From assembly GCA_045654805.1 (NCBI GenBank), contig JAZOOD010000029.1:2364-66363 (forward strand): 64,000 nt of DNA, read 5' to 3'. Positions 8,623 to 16,997 of this stretch are shown here, piece after piece. Position 1 is the stretch's first letter. Every line of letters begins with the position of its first letter. The notes under the pieces were generated by a model. That model was not told the origin of the DNA. It saw only the letters and a list, made by a program, of their open reading frames with translations, and searched no databases. The DNA is from Clostridia bacterium (GTDB lineage Bacteria > Bacillota > Clostridia > Monoglobales > Firm-18). Both the position numbers and the translations under genes were made by a program.

Positions 8623-9102
8623 TTAAACTTCTGCTTTTTTAACTGTTTTAGTTGTTTTAGGGACCTTTGTTCCCTTTTTATCAGCCGCCTTTGGTTCGGC
8701 TTTTTTTTCGGTTTTTTTAATTTCTTCCTTTTTCTCTGTCTTAACGGAAGCTTTTTTGGTAGGTGATTTTCTTTCCTTCTTTTCAAAACCGTCAAAAAGC
8801 ATAACTATATGATTAGTATTACCATTAGCTCTGATTAAATCATTTTCAAAAGCTTCATCTACAGTAATTTTCTTATCAACAAGCTTTTCCAAAGTTGCTG
8901 CCATAATATTAATATTTACAGTATTATCTACATAATCATAAGGCTCTACCATAAACGCCCCATCTACATATGCAACAAAGAATGTACCACCGCAATCTTC
9001 ATCGTCCATAGTTATCTGGATAGCAAAGTCTTCGCTGTATTTACTTATATCTCCTTTGATAAGTTTTTTTGAAATTTTAGCATATTTTTCTGTAAAAGTC
9101 AT
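8623..9102 (-). CDS. SCP2 sterol-binding-like domain protein with a lysine-rich C-terminal tail
   Basis: The first 105 aa or so resemble an SCP2 fold (GGTFFVAYVDGAFMVEPYDY...DLIRANGNT). The last 50 aa or so are K/E/T-rich (KKASVKTEKKEEIKKTEKKAEPKAADKKGTK...). SD GGAGGG is present. Confidence 0.5.
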   Translation of the reverse strand: MTFTEKYAKISKKLIKGDISKYSEDFAIQITMDDEDCGGTFFVAYVDGAFMVEPYDYVDNTVNINIMAATLEKLVDKKITVDEAFENDLIRANGNTNHIVMLFDGFEKKERKSPTKKASVKTEKKEEIKKTEKKAEPKAADKKGTKVPKTTKTVKKAEV

Positions 9103-9176
9103 ATAAACCCTCCTCGTAACTTCATACTGAAATTTTATAACACCAGTCTATATTTGTCAACATTAAAACGTCGACA

Positions 9177-10418
9177 TTATTTGCATATTTCCACCAATTC
9201 TTCCAATGTATACGCATCTGTTTTAATGTTCGCAGCATCTGCAACATCAGAAAGATGCTTTGTTACACCCTCAAGTGCCATATAAGTTGCAACAGTTTGG
9301 TATACTGTTTCATCATAATCCGGAAGCGGTATTCTCTTTATAATGTGATAACCATAACCGGATTCCACCACAGCACTTACTTTTCCTACCTTGAGTTTTC
9401 TGGTAGCATCTTCAAATTCCTGCACCATTTCTCCCGGAGCAAAATAATATCCGTTATGATTTATTGCTAAACCAGAATCTTCGGAATATTCATTCATAAG
9501 TTCATCAAAATCCACACCATTTTTAAGCTTTCTGTTGATTTCTTTTATCTTAGCTTCGGCACCGTCAGTTTCAGAGAGCACAAGAATATGCTTTGCAGCC
9601 ATATAATTTTCCTTATAATATTCCTCGGCAGTTGATTCATCTGGAACATATAACTTAGCAAGGAAATCATTTAGAATATATGCTCTTTTTTCTGTTTCAA
9701 AAATGTCTGCCCAAACTGCATCAAGAGTATCAGGAAACAGGCTGGATATTTCTGTTGCAGAGTTTACAACTTCAGCATAATGAGTTACAGGAAGTTCAAT
9801 GTCCCACTTATCTGCCTCCGCAGTAAATACAGCATAATTCATCAAATTCACCTGAACAAAATTGACAATTTCCTCACTACCGGAAGAACCAAATTGCAAG
9901 TTGTAAAGATCATACACAGCGTCAAAAAATGCCAATGAAATCTTAGCACCATTAACCTCAATAGGCGCAGGATCATTAGTAATCAAAATCTGCTGTGTTG
10001 AAGCAATATATTTTACATCAAATCCAAGTGTTTCGGAAACAAATCTTAAAGGTACCAGTGTTCTGCCGTTTGTTTCAACAGAAGGAACCTCCAATTTAAC
10101 TGCCTCTCCATTCACATTAGCATACAATTCTCCGATTACAAATGAAATGTTTTTGTCTCCAAATGTAATTACAACCTTGTTTTCAGCTTCAATCCAATCT
10201 ACATCAGCGCCAAAAGTTTCAGCAATAATACGTGCAGGAACCATAGTCCTACCCTCAACGGTATAAGGCGAAACTTCCATTGTATGTACACTTACAGTAC
10301 CTTCATCAACCTTTGCATTAAAATCCCCCATTGTAAACTGCATTGTTTTTGCATATACACTTACGGATAAAAGTGTAAGTACAAAAGCAAGGGAAATAAC
10401 GAGTTTTTTAATATTCAT
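9177..10418 (-). CDS. Secreted parvulin (PpiC/PrsA-like) peptidyl-prolyl isomerase with copper-amine-oxidase-N-like stalk repeats
   Basis: A signal peptide is followed by two GRT(M/L)VP(A/L)R(I/F)..ETFGADV(D/K)-type repeats. The C-terminal rotamase region reads GYYFAPGEMVQEFEDA...GYGYHIIKR. The start was set at MNIKK (10418) behind GGAAAGGA. Confidence 0.75.
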   Translation of the reverse strand: MNIKKLVISLAFVLTLLSVSVYAKTMQFTMGDFNAKVDEGTVSVHTMEVSPYTVEGRTMVPARIIAETFGADVDWIEAENKVVITFGDKNISFVIGELYANVNGEAVKLEVPSVETNGRTLVPLRFVSETLGFDVKYIASTQQILITNDPAPIEVNGAKISLAFFDAVYDLYNLQFGSSGSEEIVNFVQVNLMNYAVFTAEADKWDIELPVTHYAEVVNSATEISSLFPDTLDAVWADIFETEKRAYILNDFLAKLYVPDESTAEEYYKENYMAAKHILVLSETDGAEAKIKEINRKLKNGVDFDELMNEYSEDSGLAINHNGYYFAPGEMVQEFEDATRKLKVGKVSAVVESGYGYHIIKRIPLPDYDETVYQTVATYMALEGVTKHLSDVADAANIKTDAYTLEELVEICK

Positions 10419-10491
10419 ATATCCCATCCTTTCCAAAATAAAATTACATATAACTATTATAACACAACAAGATTTGATTGTAAATTAAAAA

Positions 10492-11106
10492 TTACCATTT
10501 TCTTTTGCTTTCAATAACCTTCCCTATAATCTTTACTCTTTCCATATTATACTTTTCAAACACGCGTTCGGGGTAAAACAGATTGAAGGATATGAGCTTA
10601 ATACAATCATCATTATACTCAACCTGTTTTATCATCCCCTCCTCATCATCCACAATTACTATTGCAAGGTCTCCGTTTTCTACAGAATCTTGTTTTTTTA
10701 CAAGAACAACGTCGCCATTATCTATCTTAGGGGACATACTGTCACCCTTTACCATCAGACAAAAATAATCTCCTGTTCCGTATTTCGATTCAACTACCTC
10801 GTGTCCTATAACATCCTCATAGGCAATTATCCCATTGCCGGCACACACCTTGCCGATAAGAGGAACCTTTACGCTGAACTGTTCATAAATTGTTAGTCCA
10901 CCAAAAAGAACTTCCTCAATAACGTTATTGGGTATTTCCAATACCTCTGCAATTTCATAAATCTTTTTAATATCCAGTTTTTGATTGTGATTATTCTCAT
11001 ATCGGCTGAGAGTAGATTTGGCTATACCCGTATACTGACTAAGCTTATCTAAACTCATAACACGCTTTACACGGTACTCTTTTAAAATAGTATTTATATC
11101 TTTCAT
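10492..11106 (-). CDS. XRE-family HTH plus S24 (LexA/CI-like) self-cleaving repressor
   Basis: HTH LSQYTGIAKSTLSRYENN. The A-G cleavage site lies in PLIGKVCAGNGI. The catalytic Ser is in KGDSMSP and the Lys in GMIKQV. The start was set at MKDIN behind GGAG. Confidence 0.8.
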   Translation of the reverse strand: MKDINTILKEYRVKRVMSLDKLSQYTGIAKSTLSRYENNHNQKLDIKKIYEIAEVLEIPNNVIEEVLFGGLTIYEQFSVKVPLIGKVCAGNGIIAYEDVIGHEVVESKYGTGDYFCLMVKGDSMSPKIDNGDVVLVKKQDSVENGDLAIVIVDDEEGMIKQVEYNDDCIKLISFNLFYPERVFEKYNMERVKIIGKVIESKRKW

Positions 11107-11211
11107 AGCAATCTCCTTGTCATCTGTTATTTCATTATATCTCATTTGTTTCATTTTTGCAACATTTTTTTAAAAATATTTTTTATGCCCACAATGTATA
11201 ATAAAATACTC

Positions 11212-11240
11212 TTGACTTTTGCTTGATATTACTGTATAAT
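11212..11240 (+). promoter_or_regulatory. Promoter TTGACT-17-TATAAT for the small ORF and P-type ATPase
   Basis: Consensus spacing. It lies in the divergent gap opposite the XRE-S24 gene. Confidence 0.6.
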
Positions 11241-11290
11241 TCTATTATCCCATTTTTGGAACATATTTGATTTATGCGAGGTGATACACA

Positions 11291-11494
11291 ATGATGAGAG
11301 GACTTGAAGACGAAATTTTAAATATGGAGCGAGTAAAATTTTTATCAAATATGGCAACCGAAAGGCTTATGAGTTATGATGAGGATGAAATATCAGAACA
11401 TTACAACGAAATAGTTTCTATTTTCAGCTTTTTGGATGAACAAATTAACGAAAAATACAACAATCTTTCCAAATCCTATTACGATGAAATTTAA
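11291..11494 (+). CDS. Hypothetical small acidic protein (67 aa)
   Basis: Good SD (GAGGTGA 6 nt upstream) and its own promoter. No recognisable motif. Rich in E, D and N. Confidence 0.45.
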   Translation: MMRGLEDEILNMERVKFLSNMATERLMSYDEDEISEHYNEIVSIFSFLDEQINEKYNNLSKSYYDEI

Positions 11495-11551
11495 ATCAAA
11501 GTCATATCGGCATGTCCTCTGAATAGAATTATATAAAGGAGTGAAGGACAA

Positions 11552-14059
11552 ATGATATGGCACACTTTGACAATTGAAGCGGCAATAAATGAACTTTCAA
11601 CAAACAAAGATAAGGGGCTTACAACAGAGGAGGCCTTAAAAAGACAGACCGCCTACGGCAAAAACGTAATTCCCGATTCCCAACATACGAATTTACTTAT
11701 GAAATTAATTAACCAGTTTAATGATTATATGATAATCATTCTGCTCATTGCTGCAGCAATATCCTTTGGGATAGCAATTTACGAGCATCAAAACGACTTT
11801 GTGGAACCCGTTGTCATAATAGCAATTGTTGTACTTAACGCCATAGTGGGTATAGTTCAAGAGGAAAAAGCGGAAAAAGCGCTGGCACAGCTTAAAAACC
11901 TTACCCAACCTGTTGCCAGAGTAATACGTGATGGAGAGCTACAGAAAATCAGTGCCTGCGACCTTGTTCGCGGTGATATTATATTCTTGAAATCAGGTGA
12001 TTTCGTTCCTGCTGATGCAAGGCTTATAAAATGCACGGAACTTGAGGTAGACGAGTCCTCATTAACAGGGGAATCACACCCCGTATGCAAAAATAGCAGT
12101 ATGTCGTATAGTAAAGAAACTCCTGTTGCAGACATTACCAATATGGTATGGTCTGCTACAGCGATCATAGGAGGTAATGGAATTGCGGTTGTTACCGAAA
12201 CCGGAATAAACACACAGGTTGGTAAAATCGCAATGGCAATAATAGAAAGTCGTACCCCGCAAACTCCATTGCAGGACAAACTTGAACAAACTGGCAAGAT
12301 ACTGGGCACAATCGCCCTGACAATATGTGCCGTTGTATTCTGCATAGGTATATTCAAACATATTCATCCCTTGGAAATGTTTATGACCTCTGTAAGTCTT
12401 GCTGTTGCAGCAATCCCCGAAGGGCTACCCGCTATAGTAACGATAATGTTAGCTTTGGGTGTGCAAAAAATGGTAAAGAAAAATGCCATTGTAAGAAAAC
12501 TTCCTGCTGTAGAAACTTTGGGAAGTGCATCTGTAATATGTTCCGACAAAACAGGAACACTAACACAAAACAAAATGACAGTTACCGAAATATGGGGGAA
12601 TAAACATCAAATACTTACATACGGTATTTTGTGTTGCAACAATACTGATTCCACAGAAAAAGCTATAATGGAATATGCCATAAAAGAGAATGTCAAAAAT
12701 CCACATTTGTTTAGAGTCAAGGAAATACCTTTCAATTCCTCTACCAAATATATGGCAACAATAAACAGAAGCGATAAAAAATATGTGGTGGCTGTAAAAG
12801 GAGCTCCGGATGTCTTAATCCCAAAATGTAATATGTCAGCAGAAGCTATGAATCAGGTAAACGAGGCCAACCTTAGGATGACAGAAAAAGGGTTGAGGGT
12901 TCTTGCCGTTGCAGAATGTGAAACCGATTACATTCCGGACAACATAAACCTCCCTCTAAAGCTTTGTGGACTTATAGGAATATCAGATCCTCCGAGACCG
13001 GAAATATATGACGCAATCAAAAAGTGCAAAAAATCAGGTATACGACCTGTAATGATTACCGGAGACCACGCCGGAACAGCATCTGCCATTGCCAAGGAAA
13101 TAGGTATGACGCCATATGCAATAACCGGTGCTGAGCTTAATAAAATGTCAGACTCTGAATTAAAACGAAACGTAAAAAAATTCTCCGTATTTGCACGTGT
13201 TACTCCCGAACATAAGGTGAGAATAGTAAAAGCATTTCAATCTAACGGCGAAGTGGTTGCAATGACTGGTGACGGAGTAAATGATGCCCCGGCTCTTAAA
13301 CAGGCGGATATAGGTTGTGCTATGGGAATAACAGGAACAGATGTTGCCAAAAGTGCTGCCGATATGATACTTACTGATGATAATTTTGCTACAATAGTGT
13401 CTTCGGTGTATGAGGGCAGAAGTATATTTGAAAATATTAAAAAGGCTGTTCACTTTCTTCTATCCAGCAATATTGGAGAAATACTTACCATTCTTTGTGC
13501 GATAATTGCAGGATTACCCTCCCCGCTTACTGCTGTTCAGCTTTTATGGGTAAACCTGATTACAGACTCCCTTCCGGCATTGGCATTAGGTGCAGATACA
13601 AATAATATGGAAAAAATAATTTCTCAAAAGCCGATAAAAAGAAACAAAAGCCTTTTTGCAGATGGGCTAGCATTGCTAATTTTTTTAGAAGGAATAATGA
13701 TAGGTACACTGGCGCTTATTGCCTTTTGTATAGGATACTTTAAATTCAACAATCAGGATATAGGGCGGACTATGGCATTCTGCGTACTTTCGATGTCACA
13801 GCTTGTGCATTCATTTAATGTACGAAGCGACACAACGATTTTGTCTTCCAAAACTCCTAAAAATATGCTTTTACTAGGTGCTTTTATAATTGGTGTAACT
13901 CTACAAATATTTGTAGTGGTATCTCCATTGCTTTCTAATTGGTTTTCAACCGTTGCCCTGAACGCAGAACAATGGAAAATAACCGCAATTTTATCTGTTT
14001 CGCCTATTGTTTTAGTTGAATTATCCAAGCTGTTCAGCACAAGACCAAAACCATATTGA
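11552..14059 (+). CDS. Cation-translocating P-type ATPase (P2A/Ca2+-ATPase-like, YloB-like)
   Basis: CSDKTGTLTQN phosphorylation motif, TGES, MITGDH and MTGDGVNDAPALKQADIG. 835 aa with 10 TM helices. Confidence 0.9.
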   Translation: MIWHTLTIEAAINELSTNKDKGLTTEEALKRQTAYGKNVIPDSQHTNLLMKLINQFNDYMIIILLIAAAISFGIAIYEHQNDFVEPVVIIAIVVLNAIVGIVQEEKAEKALAQLKNLTQPVARVIRDGELQKISACDLVRGDIIFLKSGDFVPADARLIKCTELEVDESSLTGESHPVCKNSSMSYSKETPVADITNMVWSATAIIGGNGIAVVTETGINTQVGKIAMAIIESRTPQTPLQDKLEQTGKILGTIALTICAVVFCIGIFKHIHPLEMFMTSVSLAVAAIPEGLPAIVTIMLALGVQKMVKKNAIVRKLPAVETLGSASVICSDKTGTLTQNKMTVTEIWGNKHQILTYGILCCNNTDSTEKAIMEYAIKENVKNPHLFRVKEIPFNSSTKYMATINRSDKKYVVAVKGAPDVLIPKCNMSAEAMNQVNEANLRMTEKGLRVLAVAECETDYIPDNINLPLKLCGLIGISDPPRPEIYDAIKKCKKSGIRPVMITGDHAGTASAIAKEIGMTPYAITGAELNKMSDSELKRNVKKFSVFARVTPEHKVRIVKAFQSNGEVVAMTGDGVNDAPALKQADIGCAMGITGTDVAKSAADMILTDDNFATIVSSVYEGRSIFENIKKAVHFLLSSNIGEILTILCAIIAGLPSPLTAVQLLWVNLITDSLPALALGADTNNMEKIISQKPIKRNKSLFADGLALLIFLEGIMIGTLALIAFCIGYFKFNNQDIGRTMAFCVLSMSQLVHSFNVRSDTTILSSKTPKNMLLLGAFIIGVTLQIFVVVSPLLSNWFSTVALNAEQWKITAILSVSPIVLVELSKLFSTRPKPY

Positions 14060-14065
14060 GCCGCA

Positions 14066-14094
14066 AGGGACTGTGACAAATTGTCACAGTCCCT
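14066..14094. terminator. 13-bp perfect-stem hairpin between convergent genes (no clear U-tract)
   Basis: agggactgtgaca-aat-tgtcacagtccct lies between the ATPase stop and the abrB-like stop. Confidence 0.5.
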
Positions 14095-14106
14095 CTTGAA
14101 TCACAA

Positions 14107-14343
14107 TTATTTAATCTTGCCTTTACAATCAACGCAAATGTGTTTGCCCATATATTCTGTCAATTCTTCCCTGCCACCGCAAAAAACACAAGCGTCGTAA
14201 TGTTTTTTCAAAACAACTTTATCTCCCTCAATATAAATTTCCATAGGGTCCTTAATTTCAATATCCAAGGTTCTCCGAAGTTCGATTGGCAACACTATTC
14301 TGCCAAGCTCGTCTATGCGTCTTACAATCCCTGTCGATTTCAT
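14107..14343 (-). CDS. AbrB/SpoVT-type DNA-binding domain fused to a C-terminal 4-Cys zinc ribbon
   Basis: MKSTGIVRRIDELGRIVLPIELRRTL is a canonical AbrB N-domain. The C-terminus reads CVFC-x14-CVDC. SD GGAGGG is present. Confidence 0.8.
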   Translation of the reverse strand: MKSTGIVRRIDELGRIVLPIELRRTLDIEIKDPMEIYIEGDKVVLKKHYDACVFCGGREELTEYMGKHICVDCKGKIK

Positions 14344-14524
14344 AGTTACCCTCCCTCTTTTTTAATAATAACATTATATACCCAATTTTGCTAATTTTCA
14401 ACATAAAATTTATTAATTATTTGTTAAAACTCTGACAATTATATTATAAAATTAAAATTAACTATTGCAAAATTTCCGTAGTATGGTAAAATATAATAAG
14501 ATTATAATTTAAGGAGTGAAATAT

Positions 14525-15472
14525 ATGCCATTAGTAACAACAAAGGAAATGTTTAAAAAAGCTTATGAAGGCGGATATGCTATCGGTGCTTTCAATGTGA
14601 ACAATATGGAAATTATCCAGGGTATTACAGAAGCTGCAAAGGAAGTTAATGCTCCTTTGATTCTTCAGGTTTCTGCAGGTGCAAGAAAGTATGCTAATCA
14701 CACATACCTTGTAAAATTGGTTGAAGCGGCTATTGAAGAAACAGATCTTCCAATTGCTTTGCATCTTGACCACGGTGACTCTTTTGAACTATGTAAGTCA
14801 TGTATTGACGGTGGTTTTACATCCGTTATGATTGATGGTTCACATCTTTCATACGAGGAAAATATAGAACTTACAAAAAAAGTTGTTGAATACGCTCATG
14901 CTCGCGGTGTTGTTGTTGAAGGTGAGTTAGGTCGTCTCGCAGGTGTTGAAGATGACGTTAACGTTTCTGACGAAGATGCATCATATACAAGACCCGAAGA
15001 AGTTATCGACTTTGTAACACGTACCGGTGTTGACTCTTTGGCTATTGCAATCGGCACAAGTCATGGTGCCTACAAATTCAAGCCTGGTCAGAAGCCACAG
15101 CTTAGATTTGACATTCTTGAAAAAGTTTCAGAAAAGCTTCCCGGTTTCCCAATCGTATTGCATGGTGCATCCTCAGTTATTCCTGAATATGTAGAAATGA
15201 TTAATGCAAACGGTGGTAATATGCCTGATGCTATTGGTATACCGGAAGATATGCTAAGACAGGCTGCAAGATCAGCGGTATGTAAAATTAATATCGACTC
15301 TGACCTTCGTCTTGCAATGACAGGTTCTATCAGAAAATATTTGAACGAAAATCCATCACACTTTGACCCAAGACAATATTTGAAGCCAGCTCGTGCAGCT
15401 ATCAAGGATTTGGTTCACAAAAAGATTGTTAACGTTCTTGGATGTGACGGCAAAGCTGATGAACTTAAATAA
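14525..15472 (+). CDS. fba: Class II fructose-1,6-bisphosphate aldolase
   Basis: GAFNVNNME, LHLDHG and SHGAYKF motifs. The start was set at MPLVTTKEMF behind AAGGAG. Confidence 0.9.
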   Translation: MPLVTTKEMFKKAYEGGYAIGAFNVNNMEIIQGITEAAKEVNAPLILQVSAGARKYANHTYLVKLVEAAIEETDLPIALHLDHGDSFELCKSCIDGGFTSVMIDGSHLSYEENIELTKKVVEYAHARGVVVEGELGRLAGVEDDVNVSDEDASYTRPEEVIDFVTRTGVDSLAIAIGTSHGAYKFKPGQKPQLRFDILEKVSEKLPGFPIVLHGASSVIPEYVEMINANGGNMPDAIGIPEDMLRQAARSAVCKINIDSDLRLAMTGSIRKYLNENPSHFDPRQYLKPARAAIKDLVHKKIVNVLGCDGKADELK

Positions 15473-15490
15473 TCTGTGCTAATCTGATAG

Positions 15491-15525
15491 ATAATGGCAA
15501 CCTAAAAAGTTGCCATTATTTTTTG
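15491..15525 (+). terminator. fba intrinsic terminator
   Basis: ataatggcaac-ctaaaaa-gttgccattat followed by ttttt. Confidence 0.8.
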
Positions 15526-15558
15526 CGTTTATATATTTCCTTCAATGGAGGTGTTTTA

Positions 15559-16929
15559 ATGGAAGAAAATAAAATGGGAGTTTTGCCTATAAATAAATTA
15601 CTTATATCTATGTCCCTGCCCATAATTGCATCTATGCTTGTACAGGCAATGTACAACATAGTGGATAGTATATTTATAGGAAGATATGACATAAACGGAC
15701 TTACTGCAGTATCACTAGCATTCCCGTTTCAGAATCTTATGATGGCTGTAGGAACCGGAACAGGCGTAGGTATGAACGCAGTCCTTTCCAAATATCTAGG
15801 TGAAAAAAATTACAAAGGTGCAAACAAAGCCGCAGGAAACGGCTTTGTGCTGGCAATTATAAGTGCGGTAGTTTTTGCCATCCTTAGTATTTTAGGTTCC
15901 AACTTATATTTTAGTCTTCAAAACCCAAATCCGCAGATTGTAGAATATGGGAGACAATACCTATGGATATGTGGAGGTTTTTCATTCGGTATATTCGGAC
16001 AGGTTATATTTGAAAGAATGTTGCAAGCCACCGGAAAGACCATTTATTCAATGTTCAGTCAGGGCATAGGAGCAATAATTAATATAATACTTGACCCTAT
16101 AATGATTTTCGGTATGTTCGGTTTTCCTAAAATGGGGGTTGCCGGTGCTGCTTTAGCTACAGTAATCGGCCAAATTATTGCAATGCTAGTGGCATTGTAT
16201 TTTAATGTAACAAAAAATGAATACATTAAGCTGACAAAAGAAAGTATGAAGCTTGATGGCAAAACTGTAAAGAGGATATATTCCGTAGGTATTCCATCCA
16301 TACTGATGGTTGCAATAGGCTCAATTATGACCTTCTGTCTTAACAAAATACTTACGAGTTTTGACAACATAAAAACCATATACGGTGAGGGTGCGGGGAC
16401 AATCGCCACAACAGTATTTGGAGTATATTTTAAATTGCAAAGCTTTGTATTTATGCCAATATTCGGGCTTAATAATGGTATGGTACCTATTATTGCATAT
16501 AACTTTGGTGCCAAAAACCGCGAGCGAATTACTAAAACCCTTAAACTAAGTATTATTTACGCAACAACCATTATGGTTACAGGCTTTATAATATTCCAGA
16601 TTATTCCGGGGGAATTAATAAAACTGTTTAATGATGACACTGCTCTTTTGAATATGGGTATTCCCGCACTTAGAACTATAAGTATTTGCTTTATATTTGC
16701 AGGCTTTTGTATTGTTACAAGCTCAATGTTTCAGGCCTTGGGAAAAGGAAAATACAGCCTGCTTATGTCAGCAGCGAGACAGCTTTTGTTCCTTTTGCCA
16801 TTAGCCTTTGTATTTTCACTGACAAAAAACATAGACTTGGTATGGCTTGCCTTTCCTCTTGCGGAGCTTGTTGCTGTTGCATTAAGCATATTTTATACAA
16901 AACGAATATTTAAAAAATTGGACTTTTAA
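15559..16929 (+). CDS. MATE family efflux transporter
   Basis: 12-TM protein with the N-terminal PINKLLISMSLPIIASMLVQAMYNIVDSIFIG typical of MATE/NorM. The start was set at MEENK behind GGAGG. The track start overlaps the fba terminator. Confidence 0.85.
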   Translation: MEENKMGVLPINKLLISMSLPIIASMLVQAMYNIVDSIFIGRYDINGLTAVSLAFPFQNLMMAVGTGTGVGMNAVLSKYLGEKNYKGANKAAGNGFVLAIISAVVFAILSILGSNLYFSLQNPNPQIVEYGRQYLWICGGFSFGIFGQVIFERMLQATGKTIYSMFSQGIGAIINIILDPIMIFGMFGFPKMGVAGAALATVIGQIIAMLVALYFNVTKNEYIKLTKESMKLDGKTVKRIYSVGIPSILMVAIGSIMTFCLNKILTSFDNIKTIYGEGAGTIATTVFGVYFKLQSFVFMPIFGLNNGMVPIIAYNFGAKNRERITKTLKLSIIYATTIMVTGFIIFQIIPGELIKLFNDDTALLNMGIPALRTISICFIFAGFCIVTSSMFQALGKGKYSLLMSAARQLLFLLPLAFVFSLTKNIDLVWLAFPLAELVAVALSIFYTKRIFKKLDF

Positions 16930-16955
16930 TAAAACAAGAGGATATGCCAATAATG

Positions 16956-16997
16956 TGCACCCCAAAAGTTACACGCTTTTGGGGTGCACATTTTTTT
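16956..16997 (+). terminator. Hairpin plus T7: MATE terminator and left edge of repeat copy C
   Basis: tgcaccccaaaag-ttacacg-cttttggggtgca followed by ttttttt. It is near-identical to 8243..8283. Confidence 0.7.

Noticed and set aside
8598-8795. 65-aa extremely K/R-rich ORF.
   Set aside because: It is an alternative frame of the lysine-rich tail of the SCP2-like gene. It has no SD and starts inside the IS remnant flank.
11259-11270. GAACATATTTGA, resembling a Firmicute LexA (Cheo) box GAAC-N4-GTTC, downstream of the 11212 promoter.
   Set aside because: The right half-site has two mismatches. The adjacent repressor has an XRE HTH rather than a LexA DNA-binding domain, so the LexA consensus need not apply. 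The evidence is too weak to call.
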